A stretch of 63,932 nucleotides of DNA, counting the filler, from a bacterium (GTDB taxonomy: Bacteria; UBP15; UBA6099; JAJRTR01), in assembly GCA_024278215.1 (NCBI GenBank). It is 4 parts of 4 records of this genome, joined end to end, with 100 filler letters (N's around TTAATTAATTAA, not from the genome) between each part and the next. Parts side by side here need not be neighbours in the genome. Positions count along the whole stretch, not along the records: positions 41,502 to 60,877 come from JAJRTR010000056.1; 3 more parts are not named here. One strand, 5' to 3'. Position numbers and translations under genes: made by a program. Under the pieces are notes generated by a model. It had not been told where the DNA came from and did not search any database. It worked only from the letters and a program-made list of their open reading frames with translations. Shown piece by piece: positions 48,269 through 58,347 of this stretch; positions within the stretch are counted from its first letter, which is position 1, and each line of letters begins with the position of its first letter.

Positions 48269-49648
48269 GTGCGAGTTGAGCCGAAGATGAGAAAAAATGC
48301 GCGATTACTGATAGTGGACGACGATGAGGTGGCACGGAAAAACCTGGCCAGGATATTAAAACGCAAAGGCTGCCGGATTTCTTCCGTAGCTTCCGGTGCT
48401 GAGGCTGTCGCGAAGCTTGGCAGGGAAAGTTTCGACCTGGTCCTGGCCGACCTGATTCTCGAGGAGGGCGTCAGTGGTCTTGATGTACTTGAAGCAGCGA
48501 AAAAGAGATGCCGCGACACGGAGGTTATCATCATTACCGGTTATGCCTCCGTGGAGACTGCTATCGGGGCGATGAAAAAAGGTGCGTATCACTATCTTCA
48601 GAAACCTTTTCGCGCTGAGGAAGTCAGACACCTTGCGGCACAGGCTCTGGAGAAGACAAGGTTGAGAAACCAGGTCAGAGAACTGGAAGAGGAAATACGG
48701 TCCGGCGCTCAAACGCATGACATTATAGGCAAAAGCAGAAAAATTCTTTCGATATTGGATTTGATCGAACAGGTGGCACCCACGGATGCCAATGTGATAA
48801 TTACAGGTGAATCGGGGACAGGCAAGGAACTGGTCGCCTCCGCCATACACAGGCAAAGCAGAAGGGCCGGGAAACACTTTCTGCCGATAAACTGCGCGTC
48901 TTTCACCGACGAGCTGCTGGCGAACGAGCTTTTCGGACATGAAAAGGATGCCTACACGGGGGCGACATCGTCGCGTGCCGGGCTGCTCGAGAGCGCCGAC
49001 GGGGGCACGGTGTTTTTCTACGAAGTGGCTGAAATGCCTGTCCCGATGCAGGCCAAGCTGCTTCGCGTAATCCAGGAACGCGAGTTGATCCGTGTCGGCG
49101 GAAACCGTCACATTCCGATAGATGTGCGAATTATCGCAGCGACGAACAAAGACCTGAAAAAACATGTCGCCCAGGGTTTATTCCGCGAGGACCTTTATTA
49201 TCGCCTCAATGTGATCCACCTCCACATGCCCGCGCTGGCCGAGCACAAGGAAGACATACCGCTCCTTGCCTCCTATCTCCTCGAGCAGATACTAAAACAG
49301 ATGGATAAGCCGGTGAAAGGGTTTTCGGATGAGGCGATGAAAATATTGAAGGGGTACGATTATCCGGGCAATGTGAGAGAACTGGAGAATATTATAGAGA
49401 GGGCTGCCGCGCTGTGCCGCACGGATGTGATAGATACAGATGTTCTGCCGGATGATCTCAAGGGTGTGGCGATATACAGATATGATACGGAAAAGCACGG
49501 CATGAAAAGCATGAAAGAGATCGAAAAAGAGTATATCCGCTGGGTTTTGAACCAGGTCGGCCATAACAAATCCCGTGCCGCCAAAATTCTTGGAATCGAC
49601 AGGGCGTCTTTATACCGGAAGCTGAAAAACTATGAAATAGGCGATTGA
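48269..49648 (+). CDS. NtrC-family sigma54-dependent response regulator
   Basis: Receiver, GESGTGKE, ELFGH..DAYTGA, FREDLYYRL, PGNVREL and a Fis-type HTH. Walker B reads FFYE. Confidence 0.92.
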   Translation: MRVEPKMRKNARLLIVDDDEVARKNLARILKRKGCRISSVASGAEAVAKLGRESFDLVLADLILEEGVSGLDVLEAAKKRCRDTEVIIITGYASVETAIGAMKKGAYHYLQKPFRAEEVRHLAAQALEKTRLRNQVRELEEEIRSGAQTHDIIGKSRKILSILDLIEQVAPTDANVIITGESGTGKELVASAIHRQSRRAGKHFLPINCASFTDELLANELFGHEKDAYTGATSSRAGLLESADGGTVFFYEVAEMPVPMQAKLLRVIQERELIRVGGNRHIPIDVRIIAATNKDLKKHVAQGLFREDLYYRLNVIHLHMPALAEHKEDIPLLASYLLEQILKQMDKPVKGFSDEAMKILKGYDYPGNVRELENIIERAAALCRTDVIDTDVLPDDLKGVAIYRYDTEKHGMKSMKEIEKEYIRWVLNQVGHNKSRAAKILGIDRASLYRKLKNYEIGD

Positions 49649-49709
49649 GCCGATTGCAAAATTCCGATTCTGCCGTGGTCGGCTGCAAACATAATTCTGC
49701 GATCGGCTC
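49647..49709. mobile_element. MITE family A, 63-bp internally deleted copy
   Basis: GAGCCGATTGCAAAATT..AATTCTGCGATCGGCTC with 4-bp TSD GATT. Confidence 0.75.
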
Positions 49710-49716
49710 GATTAAG

Positions 49717-49732
49717 TGTTGTATTTTGCAAC
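49717..49732. promoter_or_regulatory. Putative upstream activating sequence
   Basis: TGTTGTATTTTGCAAC, about 170 bp upstream of the sigma54 promoter. Confidence 0.55.
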
Positions 49733-49900
49733 GATGAATCTCTGAAGGAGTTCGTCTGAAAAACCGGGAAAAAATCTCCTGAAAAAAAACTTGAAACTTT
49801 TTTTAGACGAAACCACATTATCCCCTATTGGCAATAACAGCATTATCATATCATCTACCCCAGCCGTTGGCAGGCAATATGCAAAGCCAATTATGACAGT

Positions 49901-49916
49901 TGGCACGGGTTTTGCT
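49901..49916 (+). promoter_or_regulatory. Sigma54 -24/-12 promoter
   Basis: TGGCAC-GGGTT-TTGCT matches TGGCAC-N5-TTGCW exactly, upstream of the USP operon. Confidence 0.8.
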
Positions 49917-49942
49917 TAGAGAAAGCGAGGCGGTGAATTGAG

Positions 49943-50425
49943 TTGGCATCGGAACGTTGCATACTTACACTTTTTGATAATCCCGACATCAGGCCGGAGG
50001 CGGTCAGGTATGCATGTGGGCTGGCAAAACGTGTAAACGCGAGCATCATTATGTTTCTGGTGCTGATTTTCAGCGAGCAGAGCGGGCAGAAGCCCGACGA
50101 CATCCGGGTGCAGGAATTGAGAACGCTGGGTGAGGGGTTGTTGAGTCCGTTTCTTGAGGCGGCAAAGAGAGAGGGCATTGAGGTGCGCGGGGAAGTCAGG
50201 GTGGGGGAACCGGCATCTGAAATGCTGAAGTTCCTTGCCGAAGATCATGTGCTTCATTCGGTGGTGTGGGGCGGAGACAACAGTGTTCTGGACACAAAGA
50301 GGTTAAGGCATGAAGATCACTGGCTGGACCGGATAAAGGATAAATTCGGGTGTCCGCTCGTGTCGCCGAAAGGACCGGATGCGCAGGAGCGAAAAGAAGG
50401 TATTTCCATAGAGCCGATTGCATAA
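49943..50425 (+). CDS. Universal stress protein-like protein
   Basis: AVRYACGLAKR, GIEV..VRVGEP..E and VVWG USP pattern. Confidence 0.7.
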   Translation: MASERCILTLFDNPDIRPEAVRYACGLAKRVNASIIMFLVLIFSEQSGQKPDDIRVQELRTLGEGLLSPFLEAAKREGIEVRGEVRVGEPASEMLKFLAEDHVLHSVVWGGDNSVLDTKRLRHEDHWLDRIKDKFGCPLVSPKGPDAQERKEGISIEPIA

Positions 50426-50448
50426 TTCTGATTCGGGCGGCGGTCGGC
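50411..50448. mobile_element. MITE family A single-end remnant
   Basis: GAGCCGATTGCATAATTCTGATTC..CGGTCGGC matches the end of the 32681 copy. Confidence 0.55.
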
Positions 50449-50494
50449 ACCACAGAAAAACAGTAAAGAAACCTGCGGTGAAAGGGATAGAGAG

Positions 50495-52039
50495 ATGCAG
50501 ATTATATGTATAGGCAGAGGTAGTTATTCGAAAGGGAAAGAACTTGCGGAGACACTGGCGGAAAATATCGGCTGCCAGTGCGTGAGCAGGGAAGACATGA
50601 TCGAGGAGGCGATAAAAAGCGGGGTAGCCGTGGGCAAACTCGAGACGGCGATACTCAAGCCGCACATCTTCAACGAGCGCCTGGCGATAGAGAAAGAGCT
50701 TTTTCAGGCGTTCAGCACGAAATATCTGCTCGAGCGTGCGGCGACGAACGGCGGATTGGTTTATCATGGCCGCGCCGGTCATCTTCTGCTGCCCGGCATC
50801 AGCCACGTGCTTCGAGTCCGCGTGGTAGCCGACAAGGAGTTCAGGATCAATGACGTAATGAACCGGCTGAATCTGAACCGCGCAAAAGCCAAATCGTATA
50901 TCGAAAGTGTCGATGAAGATATCAGGCGATGGGTGAGGATGTATTACGGGGTGGAATGGGAAGAGGCCTCTCAGTATGATGTGATTCTCAACCTCGAGCA
51001 GATGCACGCCTGGAATGCGGCGACCGCATTATGTGCACTTGCGGAATTGCCCGAGTTCCAGATAACACCGGCGTCGAGGAAAGCTATAGCGGACCAGCTT
51101 CTTGCGGCGAGGGCGCGTCTGGCGCTGGCCGAGGATGAATCGACCTATAACGCCCGGCTCGCTGTCCGGGCCGACAACGGCACAGTGTCCGTGGTGTACC
51201 AGTTGCAGCAGGCGGAGGCGGCGGACAAGATACCGGAAGTTCTCAAAAAGCTCGACGGGGTGAAAGATGTCGTATGCACGATGGCGCAATCCAACATCTT
51301 ATGGATTCAGGAGAAGTATGACCCGGAATCGGAATCGTTCAAGAATATATTCAGCCTGGCTCAGAAATGGGACTCCGCGGTCGAGCTGTTGCGCCTCGTG
51401 CCGAGCGAGGGAAACGAGCAGGACGAGACAATACAGGTGACGGGCGCTCCGGATGCGGCTGAACTTAAAAGTGGAACCGGCGGCGGGCGAAAAAAAGGCG
51501 CGTATAACGGCGGAATCGAGGACGATGATGATGAGCAGGTCGAGCGGGAGGACGACGGCGGACTGAACAGGACACTGACCGAGCTTGCCAGGCTGGGCCG
51601 GTCCGGTGGCGGGCGTTCGGTGCGAACGACTCCTCGCAGGCTGGTAAAAGCGATAGATCATTCTGTGGAATATAATCTGCTTGTCGTCGGCGATGTATTT
51701 CTCTCCAAGGGGCACGCGGCCCAGGTGCGTATGGCCCAGGAGATGTGCGGGCTTCTCAATGAAAAGATAAAAGTGCCGGTGGTGATGGCGGACGAACTCA
51801 AGCAGCAATTCTTCTTCGGCACAAGACAACTGCTCAACATGCTCGCATATCTTACCATCACCGCAGTGATTTATTTTACCGTATTCACTCATCAGGCACA
51901 GATTCTGGAATTCCTGCATGACGACAACCCCACGGCTAAAATTCTTTCCGCCGGCGCGGTATTCGTCTTTGTGCCTGTTGTTGCTTATGTCTACGGCACA
52001 GCGAGCAGTCTGTTTCTGAAACTCCTGCGGATCGAATAG
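50495..52039 (+). CDS. Cytidylate-kinase-like domain protein with BON-like, USP-like and C-terminal 2-TM regions
   Basis: IICIGRGSYSKG.ELAE, VYHGRAG and YDVILN, then C-terminal hydrophobic helices. Confidence 0.75.
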   Translation: MQIICIGRGSYSKGKELAETLAENIGCQCVSREDMIEEAIKSGVAVGKLETAILKPHIFNERLAIEKELFQAFSTKYLLERAATNGGLVYHGRAGHLLLPGISHVLRVRVVADKEFRINDVMNRLNLNRAKAKSYIESVDEDIRRWVRMYYGVEWEEASQYDVILNLEQMHAWNAATALCALAELPEFQITPASRKAIADQLLAARARLALAEDESTYNARLAVRADNGTVSVVYQLQQAEAADKIPEVLKKLDGVKDVVCTMAQSNILWIQEKYDPESESFKNIFSLAQKWDSAVELLRLVPSEGNEQDETIQVTGAPDAAELKSGTGGGRKKGAYNGGIEDDDDEQVEREDDGGLNRTLTELARLGRSGGGRSVRTTPRRLVKAIDHSVEYNLLVVGDVFLSKGHAAQVRMAQEMCGLLNEKIKVPVVMADELKQQFFFGTRQLLNMLAYLTITAVIYFTVFTHQAQILEFLHDDNPTAKILSAGAVFVFVPVVAYVYGTASSLFLKLLRIE

Positions 52040-52131
52040 TATAATTGAACCTTTGCGTTTTCATAGAAACAACCGATTTTTCCGGGGACACGGTCCGGAG
52101 TTAAAGAACAAGTATACGGAGGAACAGGATA

Positions 52132-53268
52132 ATGTTGGGAGAGTTAGGCGGATTGTTTATTTCACTGCATTTCTCAAATGCCGCTCAAGTAGTAGTACTG
52201 GGCTTTGTCGGAGGAGTGCTGAGCGGATTCATCGGTAGTGGGGGCGCGTTTTTTATGACTCCCGGCATGATGAACCTGGGCGTGCCCGGAATCGTGGCCG
52301 TGGGCAGCAACATCACGCACAAGTTCGGCAAAGCGATGATGGGCTCTAAGAAGCACGGGGAAATGGGGCACGTGGACAAGAAATTAGGTGGTTATCTCCT
52401 GGTGACGTCATTCGTCGGCATCAGGATCGCTGTCTGGATCAACAGCATGTTGTTCAAGGGCGGCGGCGGCAGCCACGGGGTAGGCGGGGGCGCGGCGTCC
52501 GATCTCTATATCAGCCTTGTGTTTGTCACCATTTTGTTTTTTGTCGCCGTGTCGATGCTCAAGGACGCTTTTTCATCCGGCGGTTCCGATGATTCCGAGG
52601 GTGGGCCCTCCACCAAGCTGGTCGAGTTCTTTTCAAGGCTTTATCTTCCGCCGATGATCAATTTCCCGGTGGCGGACGTAAAGATTTCGCTGTGGATACT
52701 CATGATTGTCGGGCTTGCCACAGGCTACCTTGCGGGCACCATCGGAGTCGGCGGATTCATCGGTGTTCCCGCCATGATCTATGTCTTCGGGCTCCCCACG
52801 CAGGTCGCCGCCGGCACCGAACTGTATCTCGCCATGTTTATGGGCGGTTTCGGCGCTCTCAATTACGCATACGAGGGTTATGTGGATATCCGTCTGACTA
52901 TGCTGATGTATCTCGGCTCACTTATCGGTATTTATTTCGGCGCATACGGCACAAAAGTTGTCAAAGAGGTAATCATTCGTATCGTTACCGGAATGATCAT
53001 TATTCTATGTGTTTTCAGCCGCGGTATCGCCATACCCATGTATATGCGCCAGTTGGGTTGGCTGAATATCAACCCCGGCTATGATATTTACTTCAACCAG
53101 GCCAGCAAGGCGCTGCTGTTCATCAGTGGAATCACGGGCACGCTCGTTATTTTATTTTACGTCGTCAAGGCCTACCGCCAGCGAAACCGCACCTATGCCA
53201 CACTCAAGGCAACCAGCACTATGAAACAGCGGATGGAAGCTGCCGGTGTGAAGGCCGCGGGCAGTTGA
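52132..53268 (+). CDS. TauE/SafE (TSUP) family sulfite/sulfur-compound exporter
   Basis: Two GF.GG..SGFIG.GG / G.LAG.IGVGG repeats, AVGS and AAGT; multi-TM. Confidence 0.88.
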   Translation: MLGELGGLFISLHFSNAAQVVVLGFVGGVLSGFIGSGGAFFMTPGMMNLGVPGIVAVGSNITHKFGKAMMGSKKHGEMGHVDKKLGGYLLVTSFVGIRIAVWINSMLFKGGGGSHGVGGGAASDLYISLVFVTILFFVAVSMLKDAFSSGGSDDSEGGPSTKLVEFFSRLYLPPMINFPVADVKISLWILMIVGLATGYLAGTIGVGGFIGVPAMIYVFGLPTQVAAGTELYLAMFMGGFGALNYAYEGYVDIRLTMLMYLGSLIGIYFGAYGTKVVKEVIIRIVTGMIIILCVFSRGIAIPMYMRQLGWLNINPGYDIYFNQASKALLFISGITGTLVILFYVVKAYRQRNRTYATLKATSTMKQRMEAAGVKAAGS

Positions 53269-53474
53269 AAGCACCGGCTTTCACCATAAATGTTTTTCGC
53301 AACAACTGCCGAAAAACGCAGTGTTTGATACAATATCAACGGAACCTGCGCTTCAGAATGATACAGCGGCGCTTCGACAGGGGCCATCTCATTTATTTAC
53401 GCTCGTAAGCGACAACAACCTGTCGCCTTCAGCGCGACAGAGCCCCGCGACGAAACCTGGAGAAAGAGCAATCT

Positions 53475-55844
53475 ATGAACTGGTGGCGGAAACTATCAGG
53501 CACGCAGCCTAAACTTGATCCGAATACGATTTTGAGGCTGAAATGCGCCAGGTTTCATCATGTGCAGGAGAACTATAAGAAGTTCAACAACCTGATAAAT
53601 GACGCGATTGAAAAACTGGGCGGCGAGTATGTCATCGACAAACAGTATCTCTCGTCTCTCCTCGAGAACGCTTTCAGCCTTGCCGGCGAAATCGTGCACG
53701 ACATGAACATGATGTCCGGTTATCAATACAGTGACCTTTTTTTCAAACTTGACAGGATGAAATCGAATCTCAGGCGTATTCTCGCGTGGCAGCCACAGAT
53801 AAAATCCGGCGACCTGGTTATCTCGCTTTCCGACATTGATGAACTTGACCACTACCACCAGGTCGGCGGTATTTTCACCCGCCTTGCCGAAATAAAACAG
53901 CGATTGGGTCTGCTCGTGCCGGAGGGTTTCGTTATTTCATTCTCCGCTTTTTCCATGTTTGTTGATTACAACGGGCTCGAACCGCTCATGAACCTTGCAG
54001 ATGCGCGGCCTACAAAGGTTATGGAGGAGTTGCGCGGCAAAATGCGCGTTGCAACCCTCCCGCCCGATCTCGCGGGCGACATCGAGACGGCTGTGCGCCG
54101 GCTGTGCGAAATATACGAACCACCACACAGATTCATTCTCAGGGGCGCCGCGCTGGGTGAGGAATATAATAAACATTCGGCAGGCAACCTCTGTGCCGTG
54201 GAAGCGGTCGGTCCCGGCGATGTCCTGAATGCTTACAAAGCGGTGTTGGCCGCTATGTATGGCGGACAGGCGGTTGAGAACCGCATCAAGCTGGGACTCG
54301 ATCCCAAATGTGATGTGGCGGTAGCCGTATCCAGAATGATAAACGCCGAGATCGAAGGCAGCATCTACACCGTCAGTCCCGACACCCCCCATAACGGAAA
54401 TATCCGCATAGAAACATTATCGAACGGCGCGCCCGACGCGGCATACGAGGCATCCCGCAGACCTCCCTACAACGTCGAAACATATCCGGAAGAAGAAACA
54501 TCTAAAACCCGACTCGCACGGCGCGACATCTCAGGCCTCGCGGAAAAGGCGATGCGGATTGAGCGTTATTTCAAAGGCCCGCAGGAGATCGTATGGGTGC
54601 AGGATAAGAAAAAAGACACCTACATTATACAATCAAAACCTCTCATACTGGATGTGGAGCACAGCATTCCGCCGGGAGAGCTGGCCGAGGCAGTCGCACG
54701 CCACGAGTCGCTGTATGACCAGGCGGGCAAAGTCGCCTGCCCCGGCATAGCGTGCGGCAGCGTCCACCTGATCTCCGGAAGGCAGGACCTCGAAAACCTG
54801 CCGGAGAACGGCGTGATTGTGATCGAGAAGTTCGAGCCAGTAATGGACCTTATGCTCGTATTGTCGCGGGCAGCGGCAATACTCGCCGACACCGGCGCGC
54901 CTACCGGACATGCCGCATCGCTCGCCCGCGAATTCCATGTCCCGACCATTGTGGGACTGGGCGATGCCTCACGGCGCCTCAAGCCCGGCGACACTGTAAC
55001 CGTGGACGCCGATGATAATGTCGTCTATATGGGCGAAGTCAGCGAACTGCTCCACTACCAGCTCCAGGAATACTTAAATCTTGAAAATGAGAAAGAATAT
55101 AATCTATTGCGGTTCATGCTGCACCGCATATCCTCCGGCGGAGTTGTAGGCGCCGGATCGAGCAGGACAAAACTCAGGGACCGCGAAACTCTCGACAACA
55201 TCATCCGTTTCTGCATGGACGTAACCAGTCGCGAAATGACACATGCGATCGAGTCGATAAGGGCGGGATTACTCAAATCAGCTCCACACATTGAAAGCGG
55301 CCCGGGGCTGAAACTTCACCTGATCGACCTCGGAGACGGCATCGAACCCGCGGGAGCATCAGGGAATAAAATCATTGAAATGGATGCGGTCAGGTCGCCG
55401 CTGTTTCGTGCCCTGTGGGAAGGACTGTCCGGCGCGGAAGCGGCGAATCGCAATCCTGCCGCTTTCGGACTTGCCGCGATCTCGGCGGAACGTCTCCATC
55501 TGAACCTGGCGACAGGCGCGCGCACTTATATTCTGGATGCGTACCAGTGCGGCGACGACGAATACAATTACATCTACGTGCACATTTCCGACCGTTTGTA
55601 CGCAGAAGACAGGAGCGAGCGCCGGATTCTGTGGCTGAAGGGGATCCTTGAGAAATTCGATTTTCGCACTTTTCGCAGCGATGATGGAATTACCGTATGG
55701 AGATATGTCATGCCGGCAACAGAAACCGCGCGGCTATTGACTATAATAGGCAGGATGCTGGGCTACGCCGAGAATCAGGATATGCAAGTACATGCCGGTA
55801 TGCCTGTCGAAAAAGAAATAGAAGTATTCCTGAAACAACAATAA
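53475..55844 (+). CDS. PEP-synthase/PPDK-like protein A: intact phospho-His swivel domain, degenerate nucleotide-binding domain
   Basis: TGHAASLAREF is intact; GGI, RGAA, QEIVW and QSKP replace GGK, RSS, QDIEW and QxRP. Confidence 0.8.
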   Translation: MNWWRKLSGTQPKLDPNTILRLKCARFHHVQENYKKFNNLINDAIEKLGGEYVIDKQYLSSLLENAFSLAGEIVHDMNMMSGYQYSDLFFKLDRMKSNLRRILAWQPQIKSGDLVISLSDIDELDHYHQVGGIFTRLAEIKQRLGLLVPEGFVISFSAFSMFVDYNGLEPLMNLADARPTKVMEELRGKMRVATLPPDLAGDIETAVRRLCEIYEPPHRFILRGAALGEEYNKHSAGNLCAVEAVGPGDVLNAYKAVLAAMYGGQAVENRIKLGLDPKCDVAVAVSRMINAEIEGSIYTVSPDTPHNGNIRIETLSNGAPDAAYEASRRPPYNVETYPEEETSKTRLARRDISGLAEKAMRIERYFKGPQEIVWVQDKKKDTYIIQSKPLILDVEHSIPPGELAEAVARHESLYDQAGKVACPGIACGSVHLISGRQDLENLPENGVIVIEKFEPVMDLMLVLSRAAAILADTGAPTGHAASLAREFHVPTIVGLGDASRRLKPGDTVTVDADDNVVYMGEVSELLHYQLQEYLNLENEKEYNLLRFMLHRISSGGVVGAGSSRTKLRDRETLDNIIRFCMDVTSREMTHAIESIRAGLLKSAPHIESGPGLKLHLIDLGDGIEPAGASGNKIIEMDAVRSPLFRALWEGLSGAEAANRNPAAFGLAAISAERLHLNLATGARTYILDAYQCGDDEYNYIYVHISDRLYAEDRSERRILWLKGILEKFDFRTFRSDDGITVWRYVMPATETARLLTIIGRMLGYAENQDMQVHAGMPVEKEIEVFLKQQ

Positions 55845-55848
55845 GGAG

Positions 55849-56241
55849 ATGTCTTTTATGAGTAATAAATTGCGAACTCTGATATTGGATGACGAATCAA
55901 TAGTTTGTAAGCGTCTCAAACCGGCCCTCGAAAAAAGCGGCTACGAGGTTGAAACTTTTGATAATCCGACCGATGCCCTCAAAAGGATCGACCAGGAAGA
56001 GTTCGATATAGTAGTCACGGACATCAGGATGGATGAGATCGACGGGATACAGGTGCTCGAACATGTTCTCGCAAGATCGAGCCGGACCAGGGTCATTATT
56101 ATCACCGGTTACGCAACGGTCGAAATGGCGCGTGAAGCGCTCGCCAAAGGCGCTTTCGACTTTATTGCCAAACCCTTCAAACCCAACGATCTGCGCGCGG
56201 TCATCGCAAAAGCCGCCAAGGAACTCAAAAGCGAAAAATAA
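55849..56241 (+). CDS. Stand-alone response regulator receiver
   Basis: LILDDE, TDIRMD, TGY and KP motifs. Confidence 0.92.
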   Translation: MSFMSNKLRTLILDDESIVCKRLKPALEKSGYEVETFDNPTDALKRIDQEEFDIVVTDIRMDEIDGIQVLEHVLARSSRTRVIIITGYATVEMAREALAKGAFDFIAKPFKPNDLRAVIAKAAKELKSEK

Positions 56242-56371
56242 TTGGGTCAGGCCGGGATAATTGCATAATTGAGCCCGGTTGTTTTTGCGCTTTTCCCAAT
56301 GTTCCCAACGGGAATGGTGGGAACGTTGCAATACACATGCAGGATAAATAAGATACAAAGAACACACCCGG

Positions 56372-58258
56372 TTGTTGTCATTGAGGAGAATCTGGATGTC
56401 GATTTTTTACCGAAGGATGGTTCATACCGATTTCTACAATGCCGATGCGATGCGGCGCAGAAGCGAGGTGAAAAGAAGCATTCTGAACATGAGCGGACTT
56501 CTGCGCCGGGACATCGAGAATCTGGAATCCGAAATCCGCTATTTCCCTCCGTACAGTTCCCGTATGCGGCAATATATTCTGCAAATTCTCGAAAGAACGC
56601 TGCTCCTTACTGAAAACCTCAATTTTTTAACCGGAGATAAGTATCAGTTCCTATATGCGGCGCATCAGCAGGTGGAAAACGCTGTACGCGCATATTTTAA
56701 GTCTCTCGAATCCCGAGAAGGCTCTGTCCTGGTCGTTTCACCGGCTGAAGCGGACACTGTCGATGAAAAACTTATCGGCGACAAGTCCGCAAAACTTTTC
56801 AACCTGAAAAAAAACTTCCCCGGGAACGTGTCTCCCGGTTTTGTTGTTACCACTGCGGCCTATCGACTGTTTATTGATGAAAACGAATTGGAAGAGAAAA
56901 TTCATACGCTACTTAAAGACCTGGATGTAATCGCCAATCGGGACCTGTTCCACATCCGTACCCGCGCCATCAGGAAGTTGATGGAAGAAGCCGCTGTCCC
57001 TGAACGCATAACGGCGGAGATACGCGAGTGGAGCGAGAAAACCGCCGGTCGGGACAGCCGATGGGCCGTGCGCTCGAGCGGCATCGGCGAAGGCGGGCGA
57101 GCGACCTTTGCCGGGCAGTTCGACAGCTTCCTCAATGTCGCGGGCGACAGCCTGCCCGACGCATACCGGAAAGTCATCGCGAGCCGTTTCACTGATCGGG
57201 CTGTTTATTATCGTCTGGCCGGCGGCTTCAGTGAAACCGATACGCCTATGGCGGTTTTGTTTATGCCCATGATCGACGCCCGTTCCGCTGGAGTGCTCTA
57301 CACGAGTGACCCCGGCGACAGTTCGTCGGATCGCATGATTCTGAACTCCGTGTGGGGGCTCGCCGCGGACCTGTTAAGCGGGCGTGCCGACCCCGATACA
57401 TTTATTGTCAGCCGTTCGGCACCGGGGCGGATAATTAAAAGCTATGTAGCCGAAAAGCAAACCGCCGTGGTACCCGGCGCCGATGGGCTGACCGGCAAAG
57501 AGCAACTCGCAACGGCCAGGAGCGGCGCGCCGTCGTTGTCGGAAAACGAGATATCCGATCTGGCGCAACTCGGCCTTGCGATAGAAAAACACCTTGGCGC
57601 TCCGCAGGATATCGAGTGGGTAGTGGATCGACAAAACAAGTACTGGATTGTGCAGTCGCGGTGCCTTCTGCTGCCGCGGCGGCGCGACCGGAGTGGCGGC
57701 AGACCGGAACAAGCCGAGTTGCTGACAGAGGGCGGCGATACGATCTTCCCCGGCTGGACGACCGGCCCCGTGTTCACTCCCGGCAGCGATGCCGCTTTGA
57801 TCGAGACGCCGTCGGGCGCGATACTGGTTGTGAAGAAACTTCATTCGGGAATTGTCGAGGTTCTGCCTTACCTCGCCGGCTTGATCGCCGAACAAAGCGA
57901 TCATACGGGACGCATAGCTTCGCGTGTGCAGGAATATGGGCTTCCATGCCTGTTCGGGGTGGACAATGCAACGGAAAAACTCCCGCCCGGTACGCATATC
58001 GTACTGGATGCCGCGCACCGCTCTGTCTTCGCCGCCTCAGCGCCCGAAACGGATGACGCCCCTGACGCCAGAGGCGACAATGACGGTTTTTCCAGTGTGC
58101 CCGGCACACTTTCCGAGCTGATATTCAAGTCGAAACATACCGATCCGGTCGACCTCTCAAGCGAATCCGCACAGGGCGTCTCTCTTTATGATATTGTTAG
58201 GTTCGTTCATGGAAAAGCAGCGAAATTCAATCCTGTTTCAGGACGGGATCAGGGCTGA
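56372..58258 (+). CDS. PEP-synthase/PPDK-like protein B: largely intact nucleotide-binding domain, phospho-His replaced by Arg
   Basis: GDK, AVRSS, FAGQFDSF, QDIEW and QSR retained; swivel motif reads TGRIAS. Alternative start ATG56396 after GAGGAG. Confidence 0.8.
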   Translation: MLSLRRIWMSIFYRRMVHTDFYNADAMRRRSEVKRSILNMSGLLRRDIENLESEIRYFPPYSSRMRQYILQILERTLLLTENLNFLTGDKYQFLYAAHQQVENAVRAYFKSLESREGSVLVVSPAEADTVDEKLIGDKSAKLFNLKKNFPGNVSPGFVVTTAAYRLFIDENELEEKIHTLLKDLDVIANRDLFHIRTRAIRKLMEEAAVPERITAEIREWSEKTAGRDSRWAVRSSGIGEGGRATFAGQFDSFLNVAGDSLPDAYRKVIASRFTDRAVYYRLAGGFSETDTPMAVLFMPMIDARSAGVLYTSDPGDSSSDRMILNSVWGLAADLLSGRADPDTFIVSRSAPGRIIKSYVAEKQTAVVPGADGLTGKEQLATARSGAPSLSENEISDLAQLGLAIEKHLGAPQDIEWVVDRQNKYWIVQSRCLLLPRRRDRSGGRPEQAELLTEGGDTIFPGWTTGPVFTPGSDAALIETPSGAILVVKKLHSGIVEVLPYLAGLIAEQSDHTGRIASRVQEYGLPCLFGVDNATEKLPPGTHIVLDAAHRSVFAASAPETDDAPDARGDNDGFSSVPGTLSELIFKSKHTDPVDLSSESAQGVSLYDIVRFVHGKAAKFNPVSGRDQG

Positions 58259-58347
58259 ACCATATCCGCGACAAGGCTGCCTGCCCTACACTTCTATCGT
58301 TTTTACGCTGACCATAACCCGCGCCAATACATGGAGATCCGACGATT

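Noticed and set aside
49868-49883. Second sigma54-like motif TGGCAG-N5-ATGCA
   Set aside because: Two mismatches to consensus, next to a perfect site; not called separately.
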